A stretch of DNA of 64,000 bases, from contig JBCCVP010000001.1 of assembly GCA_039195135.1 (NCBI GenBank), positions 33,839 to 97,838 of the forward strand, read 5' to 3'. Origin of the DNA: Pseudomonadota bacterium (GTDB lineage Bacteria > Pseudomonadota > Gammaproteobacteria > Xanthomonadales > SZUA-38). The first letter of the stretch is position 1. Each line of letters opens with the position of its first letter. The translations under genes were made by a program, and so were the position numbers. This document shows, piece after piece, positions 45,372 to 55,178 of this stretch. The notes under the pieces are model-generated. The model made no database searches. It was not told the DNA's origin and saw nothing but the letters and a program-made list of their open reading frames with translations.

Positions 45372-47924
45372 GTGACAGGTCGAATCACAATACTTTTGTT
45401 CTGCCTTGCCTCTCTGTTGGCCTGTGCGCCGGACCCGGAGTCGGCCGACGTGGATTCGGGCGACACCGCCCCGGCGCCGGCGCCAACGGAGCCGGTCCAG
45501 GACAACGCGAGCGCCCTGGTGCAGGCCGAGAACTGGCCGCGCCAGGCTCCGGTGTTTACCCGCAGCCCCGAGCAGGAGGCTTTCATCGCCAACCTGCTGG
45601 CCCGCATGACCCTTGAGGAAAAGGTCGGTCAGGTGATTCAGGCGGACATTGCCTCAGTCACGCCAGATGAGGTGCGCGAGTACAACCTCGGGTCGGTGCT
45701 CAACGGCGGCAGCTCCGCTCCGGGCGGCGACAACCGAACCACTCCGGATCAATGGCTGGCGCTGGCGGACGCTTTCTGGGCCGCCTCCACTGACACCTCC
45801 GACGGCGGCGTGGGCATTCCTGCCATCTGGGGCACCGATGCGGTGCACGGCCACAGCAACATTCTGGGCGCCACCCTGTTCCCTCACAACATCGGCCTGG
45901 GCATGGCTGATGATCCGGACCTGATCCGGCGGATCGGCGAGATCACGGCGCTGGAGATGCGCGTTACCGGTCTGGACTGGACCTTTGCCCCAACGGTGGC
46001 GGTGGCGCGCAATGATCGCTGGGGACGCACCTATGAGAGCTACTCCGAGGACCCCGCTCTCGTCGCGCGCTACGCGCCGGCCATCGTTGAGGGTCTGCAG
46101 GGCAAGCTCGGCAGCGATGAGTTTCTCCGCGGTCCGCACCTCAGTGCAACGGTGAAACACTACGTTGGTGACGGGGGAACGCAGGAGGGAATCGATCAGG
46201 GCAACGTGATGGTATCCGAAGCCCAGCTGCGCGATATTCATGCCGCCGGCTATCCCCCCGCGATTCGCGCCGGCGTGCAGACCGTGATGGCCAGCTTTAA
46301 CGCCTTCCACGGCCGCAAGCTGCATGGCCACCGGGAACTTCTGAACGACGTGCTCATCGATCGCATGGGTTTCGACGGCATGGTGGTCGGTGACTGGAAC
46401 GGCCACGGCCAGGTGGCCGACTGTGAGCCGGAGCGCTGTGTCCAGGCGATGATTGCAGGGCTGGACCTCTACATGGCACCGGACAGCTGGCGGGAGCTGT
46501 ATCAGAATCTGCTGGTCGACGTTCAGCAGGGTAACGTCGCCGAGGAACGCCTGGACGAGGCGGTGGCGCGTATTTTGAGAGTGAAACTACGCGCCGGCAC
46601 TTTTGACACGGTTGCGCCCTCCCAGCGCCGCTACGCTGGCCAGTACGATCTGCTCGGGGCCCCAGCCCACCGGGCGGTCGCCCGGGAAGCGGTGCGCAAA
46701 TCGCTGGTCCTGCTGAAAAACAACAACCAGCTCCTGCCGCTAGCCCCCGACGCGCACATTCTGCTGGCCGGAGACGGTGCGCATCGGATTGGCAAGCAGG
46801 CGGGCGGCTGGACCCTGAACTGGCAGGGTGATGGCAACGAGAACGCCCATTTCCCCAACGGAGACTCCATCTACGACGGCTTCGCCGCCGCGGTAGCCGA
46901 AGCCGGAGGCCGGGTGACCCTGAGCGACAACGTGAGCTTCTCCGAGAAGCCGGACGTTGCCTTGGTGGTTTTCGGAGAGGAACCCTACGCCGAATTTCAG
47001 GGGGACCGGGCCCACGTTGACTATGCCGACGACGACGGTCTGAAGCTGCTGCGTAGCTTCCGCAGCGCCGACATTCCCACCGTCGCCGTGTTTCTTTCCG
47101 GCCGCCCGCTCTGGGTCAACCCGGAGCTCAATCAGGCGGACGCGTTTGTGGCGGCGTGGCTCCCGGGCAGCGAAGGCGCCGGGGTTGCCGACGTGCTGAT
47201 CGCGCGAGTCGACGGAGCCCCGCGCCACGACTTTACCGGCCGACTTGCCTTCTCCTGGCCGCAGCGGCCGGATCAGGCCGAAGTGAATGTCGGCGACGCG
47301 GACTACGACCCGCTGTTTGCCTTCGGCTACGGCCTGACCTACAGCGACCAAGGCAATCTGGAACCGCTGCCGGAAGACGCTGCGCTCAGCCAGGCCGGCA
47401 GCGCGTCGGGCAATGATTGGGTGCGCTACGGCGACCCCGTTGCGCCCTGGCAGCTGGTGCTTAAGGACCTAGCCGGCGAGTCGCTGGTGACCAGTTCCCA
47501 GGGAATGTCTCCGGGAGGCCGACTGCAGGCCCGGCCGGCAGATGACCAGGTTCAGGAAGACACGCTGCGATTGATCTTCAGCGACCAGGCCAGCCTGCTC
47601 CTGCGGGGCCCTGAAACCAGCCTGGCCCGCCAGGTGAATGGTCAGATGGCGGTGGCCATCCAGTACCGCGTCAACCGCTTCAGCGGCACGGCGTCGGTCA
47701 CGGTGGGAGGCGGCGCGCCGGTACCCGTGACGCGCCGGTTCGCAGCCGATGCTAACGAACCCTGGCAGGACCTGCGGATTCCGCTGAGCTGTTTCACCAG
47801 CGACCACACGGACCTCGATTCGGTCCAGGAGCCATGGCAGCTGGAGGTGACGGGACAGCTGGAACTTCGGCTTCGTTCGATTCGGCTGGCCGCGGATGCG
47901 CAGGGCGGCAGCTGCACGCCCTGA
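45372..47924 (+). CDS. GH3 beta-glucosidase / glucan 1,4-beta-glucosidase, predicted lipoprotein
   Basis: GTG start with lipobox LLFCLASLLAC. GH3 blocks are GSVLNGGSSAPGG, WGTDAVHGHSNILGATLFPHNIGLGMADDP, TFAPTVAVARNDRWGRTYESYSEDP and FDGMVVGDWNGHG. Confidence 0.9.
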   Translation: MTGRITILLFCLASLLACAPDPESADVDSGDTAPAPAPTEPVQDNASALVQAENWPRQAPVFTRSPEQEAFIANLLARMTLEEKVGQVIQADIASVTPDEVREYNLGSVLNGGSSAPGGDNRTTPDQWLALADAFWAASTDTSDGGVGIPAIWGTDAVHGHSNILGATLFPHNIGLGMADDPDLIRRIGEITALEMRVTGLDWTFAPTVAVARNDRWGRTYESYSEDPALVARYAPAIVEGLQGKLGSDEFLRGPHLSATVKHYVGDGGTQEGIDQGNVMVSEAQLRDIHAAGYPPAIRAGVQTVMASFNAFHGRKLHGHRELLNDVLIDRMGFDGMVVGDWNGHGQVADCEPERCVQAMIAGLDLYMAPDSWRELYQNLLVDVQQGNVAEERLDEAVARILRVKLRAGTFDTVAPSQRRYAGQYDLLGAPAHRAVAREAVRKSLVLLKNNNQLLPLAPDAHILLAGDGAHRIGKQAGGWTLNWQGDGNENAHFPNGDSIYDGFAAAVAEAGGRVTLSDNVSFSEKPDVALVVFGEEPYAEFQGDRAHVDYADDDGLKLLRSFRSADIPTVAVFLSGRPLWVNPELNQADAFVAAWLPGSEGAGVADVLIARVDGAPRHDFTGRLAFSWPQRPDQAEVNVGDADYDPLFAFGYGLTYSDQGNLEPLPEDAALSQAGSASGNDWVRYGDPVAPWQLVLKDLAGESLVTSSQGMSPGGRLQARPADDQVQEDTLRLIFSDQASLLLRGPETSLARQVNGQMAVAIQYRVNRFSGTASVTVGGGAPVPVTRRFAADANEPWQDLRIPLSCFTSDHTDLDSVQEPWQLEVTGQLELRLRSIRLAADAQGGSCTP

Positions 47925-47939
47925 AACCCGACGGCCAGC

Positions 47940-48953
47940 CTAGGGCTGGCTCGGGGGCAACGGTTTCTGATGCCAGTTGCGAACGGTTTGCCGAAACAGG
48001 CGGCCGGATTCCGTCAGGTGGCTATCGTCCCAGCTTCCATCGGGCGCCGCATCCCGGGTCAGCATGGACGCGCCCTCCGCTTTGCTGTGCAGCGACCAGC
48101 CAAGGTGAGTGAGCTGCTGCTCGCGCATCCAATCTAGCCAGCGTCGAGTTTCCTCAAGCGCCACTGCGCCGTCGCCGGTGGCGTCCACCGAACCCCACTC
48201 GGTAACGACGACCGGCAGCCCCGCGGCAATCGCCCGCGTTGCCCGATCGCGCAGCGATGAGCCATGGGTGCCGGCGTAGAAGTGCAGGCTGTAGGCGATG
48301 TTCAGCCAACCGGTGATCGGGTCCGCCAGCGGCTTTTCCAGATCCTGGGACCAGGAGGGGGAACCCACGACAATCAGGTTGTCGGCGTCCAGCGCGCGGA
48401 TCGCGCGAATCACCGGCAGAGCGTAGGGGACAATATCAGTGCGCCAGTCGGTGTCCGGCAGCGGTTCGTTGTAGATCTCATAAATCAAGTTTGGCGTAGC
48501 CCCGTAGCGCTCGGCAACGCGGGTGAAGAAGGCTACCGCTGCCTCCGGGTGATTTTCGGCATGATGGCTATGCCAGTCGACGATGAAATAGAGGCCAAGG
48601 TCCACCGCGGCGTCGGCCACGGCCACCAGTTTTGCCCAGCGACCTTCGGGATCCTCGAGATAACCGCCTTTCGTTTCCACCCCCATGGCAATGCGGATAA
48701 TGGTGGCGTTCCAGTCCCGCTTAACCTGCGCCACAACCTCGCGGTTGTAGTACGCGGAGGGCTCCACGGGGGCGCGCGAACCCCAGCCGCGATTGATCCA
48801 GAACAGGCTCGGTCCGGCGAGGGAAAGGGGCGCAAAATGCTGATCTACCACCCGGCCGTCAACGACGGCGAGGGACCCGTGCGCCTCTACCGCTGAGCCG
48901 CAGAACGCTGCGCCGGACCAGGCCAGCGCAAGCACCAGGCCCAGCCGAATCAA
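47940..48953 (-). CDS. GH5 endo-beta-1,4-glucanase (cellulase), exported
   Basis: The TTG start overlaps the LacI-gene stop. The signal peptide is LGLVLALAWSGAAFCGSAVEA. The acid/base block is LIYEIYNEPL and the nucleophile block is LPVVVTEWGS. Confidence 0.85.
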   Translation of the reverse strand: MIRLGLVLALAWSGAAFCGSAVEAHGSLAVVDGRVVDQHFAPLSLAGPSLFWINRGWGSRAPVEPSAYYNREVVAQVKRDWNATIIRIAMGVETKGGYLEDPEGRWAKLVAVADAAVDLGLYFIVDWHSHHAENHPEAAVAFFTRVAERYGATPNLIYEIYNEPLPDTDWRTDIVPYALPVIRAIRALDADNLIVVGSPSWSQDLEKPLADPITGWLNIAYSLHFYAGTHGSSLRDRATRAIAAGLPVVVTEWGSVDATGDGAVALEETRRWLDWMREQQLTHLGWSLHSKAEGASMLTRDAAPDGSWDDSHLTESGRLFRQTVRNWHQKPLPPSQP

Positions 48954-50005
48954 CCCCGGTCCGCCTCGGTGCGGGGCGCCGGGCCGGTGGAGTCGCGAGC
49001 CACAATGGTGGCTTCCACCACCGGATTGAGCTGCGGGACGGATTGTCCCTGCAGCGCGTCGATCAACAGCCGCGCCGCGGCGGAAGCCATCTCGTCCAGC
49101 GGCTGACGCACCGTGGTGAGGGCTGGCCAGATCTGGGATGCCATGGGAATATCATCAAAGCCGGCGATGGAAAGATCCGACGGTATCTTCAGGCCGGTTT
49201 CGTGGGCCACCTTGATGACCCCCGCAGCCATATGGTCATTCGCGCAGAAAATGGCAGTGGGCCGCTGCGCCAGGCGCAGCAACCGCACGGCGCAGTCGAT
49301 CCCCGATTCGTAGGTGTTGCCGCCCTGGATCACGTGCGACTTGCGCACCTTGAGGCCCGCGTCCGCCATCCCTTCCAGATAACCCCGGTGCCGGTTGGCC
49401 ATCGCCCGGTGATCGGGATGGCCGGATACAAAGGCAATCTTCTGATGACCGAGACGCACCAGGTGTCGAACCATCTCTCGACAGACCTGGCGATCGTTGG
49501 TCCCCACGGTCCAGTCGCCCGGCTCCTGGGGTTCGCTGGACATGGCCACGCTTGGAATGTTCAGTTGTCGAACGGTTTGTCGCACCGCCGTCAGGTCCGC
49601 GATCGGCGGTATCAGCAGCAGCCCGTCTACCCGCGGCGCGGTCACCAGCTCGGTGATCTGCTCCAGCAAAGTCGGATCGGTGTAGGTGCAGGGGTGGATG
49701 AGCAGATCGTAGTGCTCCTGCCGGCAGGTCTTGAGAACCCCATTCTGAATGCTGGCGCTGTAGCTGGAATTTGCGTTGTAAATCAGCCCAAGCAGATACG
49801 TCCGGCTGCCGGCCAGCATCCGGCCCGGCGAGTTTGGGCGATAGTTCAGCCGCTTCATCGCCTCCTCCACGCGCTCTCGCGTGGAGTCGCGGACCTTTGG
49901 CTCCCGATTGAGTACCCGGGAAACCGTCTTGATCGACACGCCGGCCTGCTCCGCCACGTCGTTGATCGTGGCTTTTTTTGTCGTCAGCTGCTGTGGCTGG
50001 CCCAT
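48950..50005 (-). CDS. LacI-family transcriptional regulator
   Basis: The HTH is ATINDVAEQAGVSIKTVSRVLNREPKVRDSTRERVEEAMKRLNYRPNSPGRMLAG, followed by a periplasmic-binding-protein-like sugar-binding domain. Confidence 0.9.
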   Translation of the reverse strand: MGQPQQLTTKKATINDVAEQAGVSIKTVSRVLNREPKVRDSTRERVEEAMKRLNYRPNSPGRMLAGSRTYLLGLIYNANSSYSASIQNGVLKTCRQEHYDLLIHPCTYTDPTLLEQITELVTAPRVDGLLLIPPIADLTAVRQTVRQLNIPSVAMSSEPQEPGDWTVGTNDRQVCREMVRHLVRLGHQKIAFVSGHPDHRAMANRHRGYLEGMADAGLKVRKSHVIQGGNTYESGIDCAVRLLRLAQRPTAIFCANDHMAAGVIKVAHETGLKIPSDLSIAGFDDIPMASQIWPALTTVRQPLDEMASAAARLLIDALQGQSVPQLNPVVEATIVARDSTGPAPRTEADRG

Positions 50006-50099
50006 CCCTTCGTTCCTGAACTGCTTTGGTTTACTATAATGTCTTCCGCTGTCATTATCCTAGCGCAGTCGTTTCAGAGCGTCGAATTTACCCGCGGAC

Positions 50100-50681
50100 A
50101 TGAAATCCCCCAGTACGACACGGAACCTCAAACGACGGCGCCTGCTGGCGGCACTGGCCGTCGCCGGCGGGGGCGGTCTGGCGGCCTCGGTGGCGGCGCA
50201 GGAAAAGGTGCTCAGCGCGGCACTGGCATTTACGCCGGCCACCGGCGGGCCGGGGCTTGTGTTGTCCCAAGGGGAGCTTGCCACGGTCCGGGCGGTGGGC
50301 GCCCAGGTGATCCCCACTACAGAAACGCCGGGCGCCGTAGACGTTGATGCCCACGGTTTTGTGGACCATCAGCTGGCCCACTGCCGTAGCGCTGACGAGC
50401 TGAAGCAGGTGCGCGCGGTGTTGGCGCGTCTTGCAGCGCGGGCCCAAGCGGCGGCGCAGACCGACTTTCCCTCGCTTGACCACGCTTCCCAGCGGGAGCT
50501 GCTGGAGCAACTGGAGGCGTCCGACCAGCGGGACCCGTTCAAACTGCTCAAAAGCCTGCTTGTGCTGGGCTATTGCACGTCGGAGGCGGGCGCGACCCAG
50601 CTCCTCCGATATCTTCCCTGGCCGGGACATTATGAAGGTTCGGTGCCCTACGCCTCGATCGGCCGCGCCTGGTTCAAATGA
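50100..50681 (+). CDS. Tat-signal small subunit of the gluconate 2-dehydrogenase subunit-3 family (partner of a GMC dehydrogenase)
   Basis: MKSPSTTRNLKRRRLLAALAVAGGGGLAASVAAQ carries a twin-arginine motif. Size is 193 aa. Its stop overlaps the ATG of the GMC gene (ATGA at 50678-81). Confidence 0.65.
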   Translation: MKSPSTTRNLKRRRLLAALAVAGGGGLAASVAAQEKVLSAALAFTPATGGPGLVLSQGELATVRAVGAQVIPTTETPGAVDVDAHGFVDHQLAHCRSADELKQVRAVLARLAARAQAAAQTDFPSLDHASQRELLEQLEASDQRDPFKLLKSLLVLGYCTSEAGATQLLRYLPWPGHYEGSVPYASIGRAWFK

Positions 50682-52408
50682 GTCTCAAAGCCCATATCGC
50701 CAAACCCTCGGGCAAACCCTATGACGCCATTGTCATCGGCTCGGGCATCACCGGCGGCTGGGCGGTGAAGGAGCTTTGCGAGGCCGGCCTTGAGACCCTG
50801 ATGATTGAACGGGGCCCGCTACTGGAGCACCGGAAGGACTACACCTCGGAATCCGTCGCGCCCTGGGACCAGCCCTACCGCAACGAGGTGCCACGGGACG
50901 AGGTGGCGCGGGATCAGCCGGTGCAGAAACGCTGCTACGCGTTCAACGACGCCACCCGAAAGTTTTTTGGCAACGACCGGGAGCTGCCGTACCAGACCGA
51001 TAGAGACAACGGCTTCGTCTGGATCCGCGGCAACCAGCTGGGCGGCCGGTCGCTGGTGTGGGCCCGGCAGTGCTATCGCTGGTCTCCGTATGACTTTGCC
51101 GCCAACAAGAGGGATGGCCACGGGCAGGACTGGCCCCTGCGCTACCGCGACCTCGAATCGTGGTACTCCTACGTGGAGCGCTTCGCCGGCATCAGTGGAA
51201 CGATGGACGGGCTTCCACAGCTGCCCGACAGCGTGTGCCAGCCTCCGTTTTCCATGACCCGGCCGGAGCTGGATTTCAAAGCGGCGGTGGAAGCAGGCTT
51301 TCCGGGGCGCCGCGTGCTTATGGGTCGCGTCGCCAACCTCACGCAGCCCACGGAGGAACAAAAGGCCCTGGGTAGGGCCCGCTGCCAGGCGCGGGATGCG
51401 TGTTTTCGCGGCTGCTCCCTCGGCGCCTATTTCTCAACCCAAAGCGCCACCCTGCCCGCCGCCCTGAAGACCAATCGGCTGCACCTTGCACCCCGCAGCA
51501 TCGTTCACAGCCTGATCTACGACGAGGCCCGGGGCCGGGTGCGCGGGGTCAGGATTATTGACAGCGAAACCCTCGCGACCCGCGAGTATTTTGCCCGCGT
51601 CATATTTCTCTGCGCCTCGACCCTGGCCTCGACCCAGATTCTGCTGAACTCCGGCAACCGGCGTTTCCCGAACGGCCTGGCCAATCGGTCCGGCGTACTC
51701 GGACGCTACCTGATGGACCATAACTACAACGCGGCGGTAAGCTCACGGATTCCGGGCTATGAAGAGGAGTACTACTACGGCCGCCGTCCCACCCACCTAT
51801 ATCTGCCCAACGTCCACTATGAACCGAAGCGTTATGCCAAGGGCTTTCGCCGCGGTTACGCGGTCGCCGGTTTCTCCTACCGGGACAGCTGGCAGACTTC
51901 GGGTACCGCCGACGGGTTTGGCGCCGACTTCAAGGCCCGGCTGGGACAGGCCGGCAGCTGGCGCTTTGTGTTGTTCTCCATGGGCGAGATGTTGCCCAAT
52001 GCCGAGAATCAGGTCGCGCTACATCCCACGCTAAAGGACCGCTGGGGCATGCCTCAGCTTGAGATTGAGTGCCGCTGGTCCGCCAACGAACGGGTGATGG
52101 CAGAGGCCTCCGCGGAAGCCTGTTCAGAAATGCTCAAAGCCGCCGGTCATGAGGACCTGCACGTGAGCCTGCACCACAACCCGCCGGGGCTCGGCATCCA
52201 CGAGATGGGCACCGCCCGCATGGGGGCCGATCCGAAACAGTCCGTGTTCAACGGGTGGAACCAGGCTCACGACATTCCCAATCTGTTTTGCACCGACGGT
52301 GCCGTCATGTGCTCCACAGCAACCCAGAATCCCTCTCTGACCTATATGGCGCTGACCGCCCGGGCAGTCGACTACGCGGTGAACGAGCTAAAGAACCAGC
52401 GGTTGTAG
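50678..52408 (+). CDS. GMC-family FAD-dependent dehydrogenase with no signal peptide of its own (likely Tat hitch-hiker with the small subunit)
   Basis: [32 protein letters not shown], then the C-terminal region [16 protein letters not shown]...[10 protein letters not shown]. Confidence 0.8.
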   Translation: MSLKAHIAKPSGKPYDAIVIGSGITGGWAVKELCEAGLETLMIERGPLLEHRKDYTSESVAPWDQPYRNEVPRDEVARDQPVQKRCYAFNDATRKFFGNDRELPYQTDRDNGFVWIRGNQLGGRSLVWARQCYRWSPYDFAANKRDGHGQDWPLRYRDLESWYSYVERFAGISGTMDGLPQLPDSVCQPPFSMTRPELDFKAAVEAGFPGRRVLMGRVANLTQPTEEQKALGRARCQARDACFRGCSLGAYFSTQSATLPAALKTNRLHLAPRSIVHSLIYDEARGRVRGVRIIDSETLATREYFARVIFLCASTLASTQILLNSGNRRFPNGLANRSGVLGRYLMDHNYNAAVSSRIPGYEEEYYYGRRPTHLYLPNVHYEPKRYAKGFRRGYAVAGFSYRDSWQTSGTADGFGADFKARLGQAGSWRFVLFSMGEMLPNAENQVALHPTLKDRWGMPQLEIECRWSANERVMAEASAEACSEMLKAAGHEDLHVSLHHNPPGLGIHEMGTARMGADPKQSVFNGWNQAHDIPNLFCTDGAVMCSTATQNPSLTYMALTARAVDYAVNELKNQRL

Positions 52409-52424
52409 AGCAAGCAGCACGCCG

Positions 52425-53591
52425 CTAGACGGCGGCGGTAGCGGGATCGTAGCGCGTGATACCGAGGCTGTCTTCCGTGCGCGGCGGATGATTCTTGAGC
52501 TTGTCGCTGTTGGGGTCGACCAGGCGCTCGCCGCCCAGCAGGGACTCCCGGTGAATCTCCGTGACCCGATCCCGGCGCGCCGCCTGATAACGCTGCAGCG
52601 CTTCGGCCGGCGCGGCCGCCTCCACGAAGGCCCGCGCCAGCACCACGCCGTCTTCGATGGCACTGGCGGCACCCTGGCCAAACCAGGGCAGCATCGGGTG
52701 CGCGGCGTCACCCAGAACCGCAATCCGCTCCGTCGCCCAGTGGGGAATCGGGTCCCGGGCAAACAAACCCCAGGTGTGGCAGCGCCCGCCGGGCAGCGCA
52801 TCGATCAGGGCGAGCACGTCCGATTGAAACTCCGCAAACAGCGTGCGCAGGTCGTCGGTGCTGGCGGTCTGCGACCAGCTTTCGGTCTCCCACTGGTCCG
52901 TTTTGGCAAAAGCCACGATGTTTTCCAGCGCGCCGTGGCGGACCGGGTAGCGCACAAACACCCGCGCCGGCCCCACCCAGACGCAGGAGCCCGGCGCCAG
53001 CTTGAGGTGCTCGATGTCACCCCGGGGGATCAAACCGCGCCAGGCGACAAATCCCGAGAAGTCCGGCGCATCTTCGCCGAAGACCCGCTGCCGGATCGCC
53101 GACTTAAGGCCGTCGGCAGCGATCAGCACGTCTGCTTTCGTGCTGGTACCGTCAGCAAACTCAATCTCGACGCCGTCTGACTGTTCCACGGCATTGACCG
53201 CCGCTTTGCCCAGGGTCACCGCGCCCGGGGCGTTCTCGGCCAGCGCGGCCACCAGGGTCGAGTGCAGGTCCGCCCGGTGCATCTGCAGATACGGCGCGCC
53301 GTACTGCTCTCGCGTGGCGCTGCGATCGATGTGCACCAGCACTTCGCCGTCGAAATGACGGCGGGTGATCTGCTGCGGGGGTTCATTCGCGGCCGCCTCA
53401 ATCGCCGGCTCCAGCCCCAGGTAGCGCAGTCCCTTCATGGCATTCGGCGAGAGGGAAATGCCCGCGCCGACGTCCCCGAGCGCCAGCGCCTGCTCAAACA
53501 CCTGCACCTGGTGACCGGCCCGGGCCAGCCCCAGCGCTGCGCTGAGGCCGCCGATGCCGGCGCCGACGATAGCGATGTGCGACTCATTCAA
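52425..53591 (-). CDS. FAD-dependent aromatic-ring monooxygenase (salicylate / 3-hydroxybenzoate hydroxylase-like)
   Basis: HIAIVGAGIGGLSAALGLARAGHQVQVFEQ, ADVLIAADGLKSAIR and IAVLGDAAHPMLPWFGQGAASAIEDG. Confidence 0.8.
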   Translation of the reverse strand: MNESHIAIVGAGIGGLSAALGLARAGHQVQVFEQALALGDVGAGISLSPNAMKGLRYLGLEPAIEAAANEPPQQITRRHFDGEVLVHIDRSATREQYGAPYLQMHRADLHSTLVAALAENAPGAVTLGKAAVNAVEQSDGVEIEFADGTSTKADVLIAADGLKSAIRQRVFGEDAPDFSGFVAWRGLIPRGDIEHLKLAPGSCVWVGPARVFVRYPVRHGALENIVAFAKTDQWETESWSQTASTDDLRTLFAEFQSDVLALIDALPGGRCHTWGLFARDPIPHWATERIAVLGDAAHPMLPWFGQGAASAIEDGVVLARAFVEAAAPAEALQRYQAARRDRVTEIHRESLLGGERLVDPNSDKLKNHPPRTEDSLGITRYDPATAAV

Positions 53592-55176
53592 GGCCGAGGG
53601 CTCCGGGATTGATCAGACCTCTCGGGTCAAGCTGATTTTTGAGCTGACGCAGCAGGTTGAGGGCCCCGGCGTCCCGCTCCTGGGTGTAGGGGTAGCAGCG
53701 GCCGATCTGCAGGTGCACACCGCCGTGCCGGTACATCACGTCCACCAGGCTGTGCTTCAGTTCATCCACACGCTGCTGCACGTCAGGCTGAGGCGGCTGC
53801 TCCTGCATGTGTTCCAGGAAAGCCGCGGGCATGGTTTCACGATGCAGTTCCAGCCACTCATCCGGCCAGTAGATCACCAGCTCATAGAGAAAGCCGGAGC
53901 GGCCCGTGGTGGCATAAACGAGATAAACCTCAATGCCGAGGGACTCAAACTCCTGCCGATGGGCTTCGAGCAGGTCGTTCATTTCCGTATGCAGGCCCTC
54001 CGCCGCCGAGTAGGGGACGATGGTATTCAGCGGCAGCAGCCGCAGCCCGCCTGGCCCCAGCACCGCCGGTGGTGGAAAAGGCGTGGCCCGCGTGACGGTG
54101 GCCATGGTGTTGGCAATCTCATACCCCGTAGAGCCGGCCGCCGCCCGGATACGCTTGAGGTTCTGGCGCAGCTCAGCGGCCGAGAAACCCTCGGTGAGGA
54201 AGCTCACGCTGTACTGAGAGCGGTCCAGAAACCGGCGACCGTTCGCGGCAATGGAGAGCATGCGCCCGATGCCGGTGATGGGGTTGCCCGCCGCCCGGCC
54301 TACCGACAGCAGCGTCTTCAGGTCACCCTTGAAGGTCGACGCGTCCGCCACCTTGCGCGCCAGCGCCGACTCGGCGCCAAACACTTCCGTGGCCGCGCCG
54401 GAGCGGGCGACCCGCCGTACACCGGCGACCAGGTCCCGGTAGGTGTCGAAGCCGAAGGTCAGCCCCGAGCTGTGGCCAGGACGCGGCTCAAGCTGCAGCG
54501 TCACCGCCGTCTTCACCCCGAGCGCGCCCGCATCACCGGTGAACAGCCCGGTGAGATCCGGGCCGTAATGGCGGAAAAACGGCGTGTGGTGCGGCTGCGC
54601 ATCACTGCCGGTTTTGATAACCGTGCCGTCCGCCGCGACAATCTCAAAACCGAGTGCGGCGGCCGCTGATACGCCGTTGCGCCCGGAGCCGAAGGTGGCG
54701 GCGCCCTGCGACATGGCGCCCCCGACCGTCGACAGACTGCCGGACATGGGGCCCCAGAAGATCGGTCGCACCCCGTGCGGCACCAGCGCCTCGTCGAGCT
54801 GCTCCCAGGTGCAGCCCGCTTCCACCGTCACGTAGAGATCGTCCGCTTCGATCCGGCGGATTGCGTTCAGGCCGCTCAAATCCAGAATGATGGAGGCTTC
54901 CCGATCGGGCAGAAACGCGTCGGTATAGGACATGCCGCCGCCGCGCACAAAAACCGCGCAGCCGGCCTCCGTGGCCGCCGCCAGCACCTTGGACACTTCC
55001 TCGGTGCTGCGCGGGCTCACCACCGCGAGCGGCAGCTCGCCGCGGCGATAGACGTCCTGAGCGAAAAGCTGCCGCACGGACGTCTCATCCCGGATCCGGT
55101 CCGCCGGGAGCAGCTTGCTCAGCGCGGTCGGGAGCGCCAACCCGTCTGCCGCAGGTATTCGGCCGGGCGCGCCCAC
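53584..55176 (-). CDS. FAD-linked oxidase (PCMH/FAD_binding_4 fold, GlcD-like)
   Basis: The GTG start lies 2 nt after the methyltransferase stop. The N-terminal FAD-binding domain reads PLAVVSPRSTEEVSKVLAAATEAGCAVFVRGGGMSYTD. The protein is about 530 aa. Confidence 0.75.
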   Translation of the reverse strand: MGAPGRIPAADGLALPTALSKLLPADRIRDETSVRQLFAQDVYRRGELPLAVVSPRSTEEVSKVLAAATEAGCAVFVRGGGMSYTDAFLPDREASIILDLSGLNAIRRIEADDLYVTVEAGCTWEQLDEALVPHGVRPIFWGPMSGSLSTVGGAMSQGAATFGSGRNGVSAAAALGFEIVAADGTVIKTGSDAQPHHTPFFRHYGPDLTGLFTGDAGALGVKTAVTLQLEPRPGHSSGLTFGFDTYRDLVAGVRRVARSGAATEVFGAESALARKVADASTFKGDLKTLLSVGRAAGNPITGIGRMLSIAANGRRFLDRSQYSVSFLTEGFSAAELRQNLKRIRAAAGSTGYEIANTMATVTRATPFPPPAVLGPGGLRLLPLNTIVPYSAAEGLHTEMNDLLEAHRQEFESLGIEVYLVYATTGRSGFLYELVIYWPDEWLELHRETMPAAFLEHMQEQPPQPDVQQRVDELKHSLVDVMYRHGGVHLQIGRCYPYTQERDAGALNLLRQLKNQLDPRGLINPGALGLE

Positions 55177-55178
55177 GG

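Noticed and set aside
50036-50058. The inverted repeat ATAATG-N11-CATTAT in the lacI/small-subunit spacer, read as the LacI operator.
   Set aside because: The arms are only 6 bp and overlap a TATAAT-like hexamer, so this could simply be promoter sequence. It lacks the central CG-type core usual for LacI-family operators, and I saw no second copy elsewhere in the locus.
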